From positions 73,408,001 to 73,472,000 of the forward strand of contig OZ024746.1 in assembly GCA_964016885.1 (NCBI GenBank): a DNA stretch of 64,000 nt, in the 5' to 3' direction. This document shows, piece after piece, positions 13,892 to 27,769 of the stretch (position 1 is its first letter; each line of letters opens with the position of its first letter). The notes under the pieces are model-generated. The model saw only the letters and a program-made list of their open reading frames with translations, ran no database searches and was not told where the DNA came from. This stretch comes from Eledone cirrhosa (Eukaryota). The position numbers and the translations under genes are program-made.

Positions 13892-14787
13892 CGAGGTGTG
13901 TCAGAAAAGTTCCAGGACTGATGTCACAAAAGATTTATTTCAAACCCAAACTTCACACTAAGAGTTTTCTCCTTCAAAGTAATCCCCCTGGAGTGTGTAA
14001 CTGTAATCTTAGCTCTCTGCAGCGATCAAACTTTTTTCTTCATAATTTTATATACATGTCCTCTGTTTCAGGTCGTCAAGCAATGAGCACAGAGCAACGA
14101 ACAAACTTGAAAACTCCGTCAGAAGCACTGGGATTGCTGCAGTAAGTGTATGGAGATGAGACGATGTCACGCTCAGGTCTTTTTGAGTGGTGCTAGAGGT
14201 TTAAAGAAGGACGCGAGGACGTAGAAGATGTCCCCAGGAGCGGAAGGCCCTCAACAATCAGGACTGAGGTCAACGCTGAGCGCGTCAGGCAGATGGTGCG
14301 TAGCGATCGTCGGCTGACTGTTCGACTGATGGCAAATGAGCTGGGCATGAATCGGGACAGCGTCTGGAAGATTCTCACTGAAGATTTGGACATGCGGAAA
14401 GTCTGCGCGAAGATGGTGCCAAAACTGCTGAACGATGACCAGAAGGGTCGACGCATGCAAGTGTGCCAGGACATCCTCGAGCGTCTTGAAACCGAACCAA
14501 ACTTGCTAGGGACAGTCATCACCTGTGATGAGTCATGGATCTTCGAGTACGACCCGGAGGGGACCCGTTTTGAAGACGTGGACGACATCAAAAAGGCCGT
14601 GACGACGGAACTGCGGAGGATCCCGGAAGAATCCTTTCAGGAGTGCATGCAAGCGTAGCAGAAAGGGATGGAAAAGTGCATTAGACTTCAGGGGGATTAC
14701 TTTGAAGGAGAAAACTCTTAGTGTGAAATTTGGGTTTGAAATAAATCTTTTGTGACATCAGTCCTGGAACTTTTCTGACACACCTCG
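13892..14787 (+). mobile_element. Mariner element, internally deleted, 103-bp terminal inverted repeats, TA TSD
   Basis: CGAGGTGTGTCAGAAAAG ends; transposase motifs RSGRPST, AKMVPKLL, ITCDESWIFEYDPE fused directly to GTRFEDV, ending KCIRLQGDYFE. Confidence 0.93.
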
Positions 14788-14822
<35 letters not shown>

Positions 14823-14874
14823 GGAGAGGGAGAGAGAGAGAGGGGGGAGGGGGAGGGAGAGGGAGAGAGGGAGA

Positions 14875-15150
14875 GAAAAAGATTAAATCGAAAATGCAAC
14901 TGGAGTCTTATTTTAAAAAATATATATATATTTATTTGGTTCCTTTACCAGTTTCGCAGTTCTTCTGCTTTTCAAAAGTAGAGTTGAGGGTCTGTGGTTT
15001 TTCTCACATCAGATGTGAGAAAAACCACAGACCCTCCATCTCAACTCTACTTTTGAAAAGCAGAAGAACTACGAAACTGGTAAAGGAACCAAATAAATAT
15101 ATATATATTTTTTTAAATAAGACTCCAGTTACATTTTCGATTTCATCTTT
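14875..15150. repeat. Palindrome of pLTR-like family, centre ~15011, with U3-A8 hammerhead motif in both arms
   Basis: Centre ttttctcacatc|agatgtgagaaaa; motifs at 14941-14977 (-) and 15050-15086 (+). Confidence 0.85.
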
Positions 15151-15152
15151 TT

Positions 15153-15194
<42 letters not shown>

Positions 15195-15297
15195 CGAGGT
15201 GTGTCAGAAAAGTTCCAGGACTGATGTCACAAAAGATTTATTTCAAACCCAAACTTCACACTAAGAATTTTCTCCTTCAAAGTAATCCCCCTGGAGT
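15195..15297 (+). mobile_element. Solo mariner TIR copy
   Basis: Matches 13892-13994, including the left-end variants aaacttcacac and ctggagt. Confidence 0.88.
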
Positions 15298-15331
15298 CCA
15301 ATGGTTTTCATTTTGTAAACAAAAACCTCAC

Positions 15332-15362
<31 letters not shown>

Positions 15363-15369
<7 letters not shown>

Positions 15370-15631
15370 CAAAATGTTAATAAATGAAAAATATTCTCAT
15401 AATCAAAATATATATTTTATTATACATATTTCAAAGGTACAATGCTGTTTAAGTACGTTTTCATCAGACAAAATATATAATTTGATATATGACATACCGC
15501 TACGGTTTTGATTATTCAATTCCAGTATTGATGAAAACGTACTTAAACACCATTGTACCTTTGAAATATGCATAATAAAATATATATTTTGATTATGAGA
15601 ATATTTTTCATTTATTAACATTTTGAATAAT
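15363..15631. repeat. Fold-back repeat (~103-bp arms) with hammerhead-like core
   Basis: 15363-15465 vs 15529-15631; minus strand of the left arm reads CUGAUGA-AAACGUAC...GUACCUUU-GAAA. Confidence 0.8.
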
Positions 15632-15987
15632 ATTAAACCATCCTGTTGAGTGCTTCTAATCTTTTGTAATATTGTATTCGTTGAGTAATCAACGAACCAT
15701 ATTAATCTTTGGTTATATATATATATCTGCTGGCATCACAACAGGATGGTAATACATGTCCAGCGACATATCCCAATGATTGCATAACTACACCTATAAT
15801 TGCGTATGCATCTGGAGTCACATGCTTAACCATGTAACAGAAATATATATCAAGCAATAAACCAATTAAGGTGAAATAACCCCGTCTTAACTACTCTTAC
15901 TTGATAAATGAATACTCCGTCACTTAGACCCGCTTATCCTCAAGAAGTTACAACGTAACAACCACGTATAAGCAATTTATCTTCAGC

Positions 15988-16027
<40 letters not shown>

Positions 16028-16139
16028 AATTAGTATATCTAGTAACATATATATACACAGATGCATACTTATGCTAGCAAATATATAGGTTTTGTCTTAG
16101 TAACTTTGTGGTTCAATGCATGGGGATGCAGAACAATAA

Positions 16140-17754
<1,615 letters not shown>

Positions 17755-17958
17755 TTTCCAGCTCTGTGCTCTGCGCGCCTAACCTCTGCATGAACCCAGC
17801 CACCTAGCTGCTTTCTACTGCATATTGCACATTGAGCACATGCCTTTACGCTTTGGCTTCTAACTAATTCACCAATCTCTCCTCTCTTATCTCCATCTCT
17901 CTCTTTAAGATTGGTTACTCTTGAACTGTGTATATATATATATATATGTGTGTGCGTG

Positions 17959-18084
<126 letters not shown>

Positions 18085-18792
18085 TGTGTGCGTGAAGAAA
18101 CAATGTTGTCTCCGATCGAGACGAAGCGAGGGTGTATTTGAATACGTATAAAACTGAGAAAAATCATCGCTAGAACAGCCGTTAAAACAAATAAAGGTTG
18201 TCAAAGACAGCTATAGACAAAAATGCCGCAGAGGACAGAGACCAGTGACCAGTAGTCAACAGAGAGACAATGCACAAGGCGGGTGACAGGCAGATGAAAT
18301 ATAGAAAAGATTGAAAGAGGAGGAGGACAAGGAGGAGTGTGTTGACTGAAAGAAGGAAATAAAGAAAGGCAATGTACAAGACAAGTTTACACACATACAC
18401 ATCTTCACCTTCATCAGCTCTCAGATCAGGAAAATTGTTTCGCACGATTTAATTGAGAGCGCCATTTTAAAATGTTGGATCGTGCAACATAAAGATAAAT
18501 CTTTTTGCTGGTATGATGAGTGTGTGATAAAACAGACAACACAGATAGAAGGGCGAAAGAAAAAAAAAGAAAAGAAAAGAATGGGATAGTGGACCTCAAG
18601 CCGTGGTTTCTGTCCTAAATAGAAAGTTAATTATATTGCTTCTGACAAGTCCAATCTAGAGAAAAAGAAAGAGAGGAGAAATTGGCACCATTAATTCCCT
18701 GGTACTTTATCAGCCCCAAAGTGATGAAAAGCAGAGTTGACCTGATCCAGGTTTGAACTCAGATTGCAGAGGATTCTATTCGACACACTATA

Positions 18793-19000
18793 TATGTATG
18801 GATCCGTAACTCCTGGTGGAGCCGCACGGGCGCCATAGTGACATACTGTGTTTCTTGGGTATTTTAAACTTGGTGGAGCTCACCCTCTCTCCATGTCTGA
18901 ACATTCTCCAGGTCTGAACACAACCGATTTCTTTTAGAGAAGGAGAGGGTATTACAGAGAGGAAGTGAAGGTTTGACAGGGAGGTCAAATCATCGAGTAA
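18793..19000. repeat. Unclassified interspersed repeat (also ~29865-29995 and, inverted, ~55010-55125)
   Basis: Shared ccgtaactcc...ggag..g...tagtgacat.c motif in three places. Confidence 0.55.
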
Positions 19001-20294
19001 ATCTTATCTTGTTTACTAGAAATGAACAGAGGGGCTGTTGTTGTTATTGTTTAGTCCCAAGTCAGTTGAAATTGAGCAGACGCATGATAAAAAAACATTG
19101 AAATCGCAACCATTGCATATTTTTCTTCCGGTGTGTTTTTTCTAGAAAGATAGGATTATATTTTGGTGGAGATGTGGCTGCTTATCACGTAGATTTACCT
19201 GATAAAGCCTTTTAGTGTAGTACACCAAGAGTGAGTCAATCCCATCATTATGTAGCAGTGTTTAACGAGTTGGTAGATTTAATGAACTAAACGTACTGAA
19301 CACAACCTAGAATATTATCTAATGATTGCGAGTTCCCTTATATGGATGTTTCGATGAATTAAATTAATTAAATTCAGTTGGGATTTTAGTAGAATTAATT
19401 TTTGAAACCCAACAAAGAATGCACTTATTTTGAGTAATAGAATTCTATATTTATCTTTGTTTAATCACAAACCCAAAATATGATTACAACAAAGAAACAA
19501 TAATTGTGTTTTAATTGGAAAACATTTTTACTTGATTAGAGATTTGAGCAAAGAATATGCATTTTCCTCTCATTTCTAGCAAAGACATCATCCTATATTT
19601 CTGTCTAATAATAAATGTTGTTGTTGAATGTTTCCATTTAAAACAAATACGTAAAGAAACCAATAGAGTGGATGTCTTTATAAAAAAAAATCCTCATTTC
19701 TCTCACTAATTGAGTTTGTATAAATTTGGGCATATTCAATTAGTATAGTCTTATAAGAACCATTGTTGTTGGGTTTTTTGTTTCTTTCTTTTTTGTATTA
19801 CATGGGGGAAATAAATGGAAAGAAGCCAACCATCAGATCGGATTAATGAAACTGTTTCCGTTGGTATTTTGGTATTGCTGATGTTATCTATCAGACACTA
19901 CTCGCCGCTTTGTCCAGTGACAAGAGCTGGAACGTGGACTTGTAATGTACAGAGCCGGATCAAATACCACAAAACATTTTAACAATGCCACCAATCCACC
20001 GCTTCTGGTGTGGTACTATATTTATCGACCCACGAAAGAATGAAAGCCAACGTTGTCCTCGGTAGGATTTGAACTCAACGCAGAGAGCTGGTAGAAATAT
20101 CAAGGCATTTACTCCGACGCTCTAATGACTTTGCCAGTTTGTCATATATCTTGCTATAGTAATAGCCCCCCCCCCCCCCCCCAGTAGAATAATTCAATAT
20201 TTATAATAAAGTATGTGGAGTCGCGTGGTTTACTGGTTAGAGTGTTGGATTTACATTATATATATATATATATAAATGCAGAGAGAGAGGGGGG

Positions 20295-21750
20295 AATCCT
20301 TATGAGACGAAGAACTAAGCTCTCAAACCAGTTAAATGCACAACAGAAAAACAAGAAGGAAACCTATCTGAAACAGGCACTACTTGAAATTGAAACTGCA
20401 CTCAAACTTTCCCATGACAAGGGAAGGGCAGAGAGAAGCCAGAACCATAGAAAATATTAAAACAAACCCTAAGGCCTTCTTTCAATTTGCAAAAGAAACT
20501 GCCTCGGTACACTGCAAGATTTGGCCACTTTTCCATAAAATTGGTTCCTTAACGGAGGAGCCCCAAAAGGTAAGTGAAATACTGAATAAACAGTACCAAA
20601 GTGCGTTCACACCCCCATTGAGGCACATGCAAATAACAAAACCAGAGAATTTATTTGATGCCACGACACTTCACAAAGAAATGGCGACTATCAACCACAT
20701 AGACATAACGGAGGAAGGTGTGATATCCGCCACAGAAGAAATTAGAGCACACCTAGCTGCTGAGCCTCATGGATTGCAAGCAGTCCGCCTAAAAACATAT
20801 AAGCGTGCCTTAGTAAGACCACTGAAGATCCTCTTCAGAAGTTCTTTGGCTAGCAGTAAACTACCCAGAGAGCTAAAAGAAGACACGGTATGCCCTATCC
20901 ATAAAGGAGGAAGCAGAGCGGGGGCCAAAAATTACAGGCCAGTCTCCCTGACGTCACAGATCAGTAAGGTCATGGAGCGAATCTTCAGAAAGAAACTGAT
21001 CACGTTCCTCGAGGAAAATGACCGCTTAACTAACACACAGCATGGCTTTCGGTCAGGAAGAAGCTGCCTTTCACAGCTGTTACAACACTATGACTGGGTA
21101 CTGAAACAACTGCTGGACAGCTCACATGTGGACGTGATATATCTCGACTTTGACAAGGTCGAGCGCGGAATTATATGTCATAAACTACACAGATTCGGCA
21201 TAACTGGAAAAGTATGTCAGTGGCTGCAGGATTTCTTAAAAGACAGAAGCCAGACAGTTGCAGCCAATGGGGCCCTCTCAAAGGAAACATCAATAACAAG
21301 TGATGTGCTCCAGGACACAGTCTTGGGACCACTACTGTTTTTGGTAGCTATCTCAGACATGCCCTCTGTAGTACATACAACATCCCTCCCTAACTATGCT
21401 GATGACACAAAGGTAGCACTGGCAATCAAAAACGCGGCTGGTGCTGCCCTTTTACAACAAGATCTGGATGCTGGAAAATTTCAAGTCCTACAATACCAAC
21501 CTGCAAACACAAGTTCAATATAGTTACACCGGACCAGGAATCCCCGTATCGAAATCAATACGAGACCTGGGGATAGACATGAGCGACGATGCATCTTTTT
21601 CTTTACACATCATGAGGGTGACGACAATGTGCAGACGACTCGCTGGCTGGATCTTGAGGACTTTCCAGACAAGAGACTGAGAGACCATGTTAATACTATG
21701 GAGGTCATTTGTCCTAAGCCGACTGGACTACTGCTCCCAGCTGTGGAGTT
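20295..21750 (+). mobile_element. CR1/L2-group LINE ORF2 reverse transcriptase fragment
   Basis: NYRPVSLTS, QHGFRSGRSCL, DVIYLDF, QDTVLGPLLF, YADDTK, RDLGI; deletions and frameshifts present. Confidence 0.9.
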
Positions 21751-21864
21751 TTATAAAGTGTGTTTGATAAAGTGACATACCCAGGAATTAGACCTTAACG
21801 GTTCAAGTTCCGTTTGGATACTTGAACCTGGGCATGTCACTATTTATAAAACAAACTTTGTATC

Positions 21865-21948
21865 TTATCTGATGAGAGCGTACCAAAGTTTTGATACCCT
21901 TGAAATATATATAATAGAATAAATATAGTTTCCATTTATTAATATCAT

Positions 21949-21950
<2 letters not shown>
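21865..21950 (+). ncRNA. Hammerhead-like core in pLTR fragment before (TA)n
   Basis: CUGAUGA-GAGCGUA...UACCCUU-GAAA-UAUAUAUA then AATAAA; resembles the 15363-15631 family. Confidence 0.45.
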
Positions 21951-21990
<40 letters not shown>

Positions 21991-22832
21991 TAGGATCTAC
22001 CCATCTATGATAGGGCCAATAACGCTGTTAGAACTCCATGTAGTTCGGAAGTAATATTTCTAACGAAATCAGGTGATAAGAGTTTTTTTTGTAGTAGGCT
22101 ATCATCTTATTGGATTTAGTTGAGCATTGAAACGGGCTACAGAGTTATATCTATAAATTGAACGATGAAAACAAAAGGCGAAGTTTAGTGCTTAAATAAT
22201 TCATTGTTTTACGATCGTTTCAGAAGATTGATCATGCTAAATCGATATAATGACTAATAGAAAGTAGTTATGCAACTTCATGTTATTAGTCTCGATACTA
22301 TAAATCCATCTCACCGTCTTCATCAGATTGTTTCTGATGAAAGGCAAATTTGACCTCGGCAAGATTTGAACATCGGACGTAGAATATAGTAACTAAATAC
22401 CGCAAAGTATTTTGTCGGTCGCTCTATCAACACTGACAATCCATCGCCTTTAATAATCTTAAGATCCATTGTTGTTTACGAACCTATCATCATTTACATT
22501 CTGACATGCATTATAGTACAAAAGTTTATATAGTTCCTATGTAACTTTTCTTGGAGAACATAACTAATATTTGGGACCAGTTCACACGTACATTTCAAAC
22601 ACTAATATGGCATCGGTGTTCAGATAACAAATACCTCAGTGAGTTTATAATGATAAATGTTTTTTTCTGGTATCTCATTTCCCAAAACTTTGCCAAAGCG
22701 GTATACAGTAGATCTACATTTATATGTGTCATTTAGAATAATCACCCGAAAGAAAATTCTGGTAAAAACATTAACACATTTTTGGCCTAAGGCCATTACT
22801 ACTTGCACAAAAATGTATTTTATATTTCAGGT

Positions 22833-22864
<32 letters not shown>

Positions 22865-23475
22865 TGGTGGCATTAGTAGTCATACCAAGGTTGACTATAC
22901 CGTTCATCATTCTGATGGTAAAATATATACAAGAGAAATATTTGGTTCAATTTAATTGACTATACACTTTCTGAATGCTTGGCTTTGTGCCAATGTTTAG
23001 AAATTATTATTATTATTGACCCTAGTTCTACCGTCGGCTATAGTAAATGACAATTGCCCAAGATGCCACGCAGTGGGACCGAACCCTGAACCTAATGATT
23101 GCGACGCGGTCTCCTTAATCATTGACCATGCTGCATCCACAGTCGATAAAATAATACACTTGTCAATTACTGGTGATAATCTAATCAAATAACTTCTCCC
23201 AGTAAAACTTCTGGCCTTAAGCATGTATTAGAAACAATATCATCCCCATGTTTTGAAGTTTTATGCGATGTTTTACTATATCACCAGTTGCACCTCAGTG
23301 TTCTTGAACTCTGAGCAAGATCGTCTTTTGGAGATGTAGAAATGTGATATAACACACTATCTGGTTTTGTCTGTTTTGTAATATATGTGCAATGAGAGTT
23401 GCATTGTTTTGATGAGCTGGGATTCTGTTTCGTATATGATGTGTGAATTGTGTTATATGTTTTACTTTCGGATGA

Positions 23476-23672
23476 CAGACCTGCCAACCTCTTAAAACCC
23501 AAACGGGGAGTACCATGAAAAAAAAAATACCCCAAAACGGGGAGAAATGAGACAAAAGGGGGAGATTTTACACAATGAAAGCTATACCCATTTTCACAAG
23601 AGAAGACATATTTTACTCACCCCAAAGTGGGTGGTAGATCTCCCCGTCGGAAGGGGAGAGTTTACAGGTCTG
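23476..23672. mobile_element. MITE with CAGACCTG...CAGGTCTG termini
   Basis: Terminal inverted repeats; flanks ggatga/gggtga are only a possible TSD. Confidence 0.6.
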
Positions 23673-23904
23673 GGGTGATAAATGTTGTTAGGCATGTGTT
23701 AGATTCCAATTCAATCCAGATCCAGGGACTTCTCGCTCCTGTTGGAGCAGCCCCTCCGTGGTTGACCTCCATCGCTTTCTGTTTGGTTTTGGTCATGTCA
23801 GGAGGGTTGCCGTACTCACTCCGCTTGGCCAATTACGGGTTGGTGAGGCTATTTAACCCATAGTTGGAGTGGATGTCCGTTGACTCTGATGAGTTCATCC
23901 ACTC

Positions 23905-24032
23905 TTAGATTATTGGTAGGATGTGAGTTGTATACGTTAGATTATTTGTAGAATGTGAGTTGTATACGTTAGATTATTGGTAGGATGTGAGTTGTATACG
24001 TTAGATTATTTGTAGAATGTGAGTTGTATACG
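23905..24032. repeat. 32-bp minisatellite x4 in ABAB order
   Basis: Units ttagattattGgtagGatgtgagttgtatacg and ttagattattTgtagAatgtgagttgtatacg alternate. Confidence 0.95.
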
Positions 24033-24285
24033 TTATTAACGCCATAATATCGTGTGGCGATTGTGTAAGAGTTTGTGTTGTATTATTGTAGAACTCAACC
24101 ATGGATTGCGGGAATTTTACCCAACCTATATATAAATAGTTATTTTTTCTCCTCAAAACTGCCAAAATACACATCTATTTGTAAATGCGCTACAATTTAT
24201 ATCCATGTTAGGTTTATCACATATCGAATTTTTTTTGGTATCTTGGTTGATATTTGATAATAAAACTGTAATGTATTATTATGTT

Positions 24286-25137
24286 AAGGGCGGTGGATTG
24301 GCAGTAGCGGTAGAGGGTCGGTCGCCATGCTTTCCAGCATAGTTACGTCCCTTTACGATCTGAGTTCAAATCCCGCCGAGGTTGACTTTGCCTTTCATCC
24401 TGACGGGGTCGATAAAATAAAGTACCAGTAATGCACTGGGTAATTGCTGGCCTTGTGCCTAAAGTAGAAACAATTATTGTAATGTAGTGAATGTGCTCAA
24501 TATGTGTTGTGTAGGTTGCATTATTTTGCAGCATAGAGAGGGCGGTGGATTGGCAGTATCGCTAGAGGGTCGGACGCCATGCTTTGCAGCATAGAGTTAC
24601 GGCTCTTTATGATCTGAGCTCAAATCCCGCCGAGGTTAACTTTGCCTTTCATCCTTATGGGGTCGATAAAATAAAGTACCAGTCACGCACTGGGGTCGAT
24701 TTAATCGACTTTCCCCTCCCCCAAATTACTGGCCTTGTGCCTATATAAGAACCCATTATTTTGCGGCATAGAGTTATGGCCCTTTATGACCTGAGTTCAA
24801 ATCCCGCCGAGGTTAACTTTGCCTTTCATCCTTACGGGGTCGATAAAACGCACTACGGTAGATTTAATCGACTTTCCCCTCCCCCCAAATTGCTGGCCTT
24901 GTGCCATTATTTAAGGGCGGTGGATTGGCAGTATCGGTAGAGAGTCAGACACCATGCTTTGCAACATAGAGTTACGGCCCTTTATGATCTGAGTTCAAAT
25001 CCGCCGAAGTTAACTTTGCCTTTCATCCTTACGGGGTCGATAAAATAAAATACCACTCACACACTGGGGTCGATTTAATCGACTTTCCTCCCCCCAAAAA
25101 AAATTTCTGGCCTTGTGCTTATATAAGAAACCATTAT
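24286..25137 (+). mobile_element. Cluster of four head-to-tail Deu/Nin-domain tRNA-SINEs
   Basis: Copies ~24286-24477, 24539-24760, 24762-24910, 24914-25137; A-box-like tggcagtatcgg and B-box gagttcaaatcc. Confidence 0.9.
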
Positions 25138-25439
25138 TTTGTTCAATGTTTTATTTAAGATATTTAATAAAACGAGCTTTTTTTTAATGCATGTGTAACG
25201 CCATTATATAAATTGTGTTGTTGTTGCGTACAAGTCAAGCGTTGTCAGTTAAGCGACATAAAAATTTATTTGTGGTATTTAAATGAAATGCGACATTTTT
25301 AATCGGAGACTTTTATTTCTAGTAAAACATTTGGCTTCTCTCTCTCTCCCTATCTATCTATCTATATATATATATATCTCCCTCTCTCTCCCTCTCTCTG
25401 CTTTCTTTTCTATGATTTTATTTACGTTCACCTTCTCTT

Positions 25440-26420
25440 TTCTTCTTCACCAACTTATTCCCAGAAGAGTCGTGGGAGCAGAATCTTCAAGCATGCCATC
25501 CAGAGGATGTTGTCAAAATCAATCGTCTCCAATTGATTCGGCTGGGTTCCCCAAGCGAAACCTTGCTCGGTGTTTACTCCTGTGGGTTATGTTGGCCCGT
25601 TATAAATCTATCTAGCGATTCTTTTCTTAAACATTTTGACTACATGTCCACAGTATCGGAGCTGTGATCTATCAATTCGGAGAAATAGCAGCTCTACCTA
25701 GAACACCTCTCTGCCCTCCGATCTATACACTCTATTGAGTAAAGTTACTCAAAAAACTATTTCGGGGAACCAGATTTCGGCCGCTTGTATTCGCGATCGT
25801 CTTCTTTCGGTCATTATCCAAGATCATAAGCAACAGTTTGTATGGATACCGAATTGAAGATAGTGGAGTTTGGCCTTTACACCTATCTCCCTTCGTCTGA
25901 TTACCGAATGTTGAAGCTGGAGTATTAGTGCACCAGCTCCTGTAATTCTTGCACTTAACTCAGATTTCTGCCTTCCATCACTCGTGAAAACAGCCCTGAT
26001 ATGCTTGAACATCTCCACCTGCTTCAGTGGAACTCCAATCACACGTAGAATGCACTGCGCGGGCTTCCTTGAGAGATCATGTGTCTCAGTCTTCGCAGCA
26101 CTGATTTTCATTCCTACCGTGCAGCACCCGGCAGTAAACCTATCCAGTGCGTGTCAGAGATCACCTTCTGATGAGTTAAGTAGTACCATATATTCTGCAA
26201 ATTCCATCCGACCGATCCTACATTTACAGTTTTGATACCATTTCCAACCTGGCTGCGCATGACAATCCTGTACATGAAGTTTATGAACAGGGGAGATGAC
26301 AGTACGCATCCTTGGTGGAGTCCGACACCCACATTGAATGGTTTTGACTTAACACGATTTATCCGAACACAAATACAAAGGCTTTCTTATAGAGTCAACA
26401 GAGCAACAAGTAACTACTCA
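25440..26420 (-). mobile_element. RTE-like LINE RT to 3' end fragment
   Basis: GLHQGCVLS.PLF..FM, MKISAAKTE, LKQVE.FK; 3' end matches 8080-8295. Confidence 0.85.
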
Positions 26421-27129
26421 TCGATCCTATACTCCCATATGTTCATCGACATATACACACAATTTATCTTGAGACAAACTAGTAAAGCAAATATCGCACA
26501 ACCTTTGTATTCGAGATAACGAAAGCACTTACGATTTATCTTAAGATAATAATGAGAAACTGTTATTAATTATTCTAATAAACACTTTGTATTTTTAAAA
26601 TACGCGCTTTTCACCTCTTTCTCGTTTAAATGATTAATTTATTAAAATATTTGACATAAACAACGATGTGTTCAACCACACAATCTCATATATATTAACG
26701 TTAAGTGTAGGATTATATATATAGCCAATCAAGAGCAGCGAAAGAGAATAATTAATCTTCAATCTCGCTATCTGTTGCTCTTTAATTTTTCGCTTGCAGA
26801 GATATTTGTACTTATTTGATACTTCAAACTCTGTTGGAAAGATGACAAAATGGAAGTTACGTTATTCTTAGAATTAGAATATAAAACAATTACAACAACA
26901 TATATTTGTAATCAGTCGTCATACTCTATGAATAATTTTGTTTCTTATCATTTCATTTTCTTTCTATCTTTGGACAGTAATGAAAAAAAAAAAAAATTCA
27001 CAAAATTAATGAAACCTCGTAGAATCTAATTTTCTCTGTGATAATTAGCGATTCTGAAATTTGTTTTCGTCGTCCTAAATAAACAAAATGAAGAAAATAA
27101 CATAATTATATCTGCGCAATAAAATCTGG

Positions 27130-27226
27130 ATGTTTATTTTGGTTGCTTTGACATCAACAGCCAGCTTGTTAATGAATATTTGTCAGCTGATAAAATTTCT
27201 TTCAAAAAGTTCTACATCATGCGAAG
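27130..27226 (+). pseudogene. Possible signal-peptide exon of a decayed secreted lectin gene
   Basis: MFILVALTSTASLLMNICQL...CE with strong phase-1 donor AAG|GTAAGC. Confidence 0.3.
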
Positions 27227-27488
27227 GTAAGCTTCCGACGCTATTTCAATTCATGGTCGGGGGCATTTTAATTCATTGACAGAACCATTATTCTTGAAAA
27301 TGTATATAAATGGTAAAACATCCTTGTCCCCCTTACATAATATAAAGAGAAGTGATGCAAAGTCAAAAATGGAAATAATATTGATGATTCCCGCTCAAAG
27401 CATTCCTTAATATTCTTGGGAGAGAAATATCTACTATTTATACTGCTGTTGCAACAAATACTACATCACTACTACTACCACCCCCACC

Positions 27489-27745
27489 AAGAAGAAGAAG
27501 AAGAAGAAGAAGAAGAAGAAGAAGAAGAAAGAATGGAAAAGAAAAAGAAAAGAAAGGAGAAAAGAAAATGAAAAAGAAAAGGAAAAAATAAGAAAAACAA
27601 AGAAAAAAACAAAATCAAAAACAAAAGGTAAAAGCAAAAGAATTCCTAAAAGAAAAAAAGAAAAACAAAAACAAAGAAAAAAGGAAAAGGAAAAGGGAAA
27701 AAGAAAAAAAACGTAAAAGCAAAAGAAAAAAGTACAAGAAAAATA
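27489..27745. repeat. (GAA)n and A/G-rich polypurine tract
   Basis: Directly visible. Confidence 0.9.
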
Positions 27746-27769
27746 ATTCCTTAAAGTTCAATGGTTTAA

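Noticed and set aside
14894-15511. 205-aa ORF
   Set aside because: Chance read-through across palindrome, microsatellite and TIR.
22332-22350. CTGATGA as a hammerhead core
   Set aside because: Chance junction with SINE sequence gatgaaaggcaaa; no stems.
23905-24032. 32-bp repeats resembling a CRISPR array
   Set aside because: No spacers, eukaryotic context, no cas genes.
24286-24380. tRNA-like A and B boxes
   Set aside because: SINE heads without a full cloverleaf; not tRNA genes.
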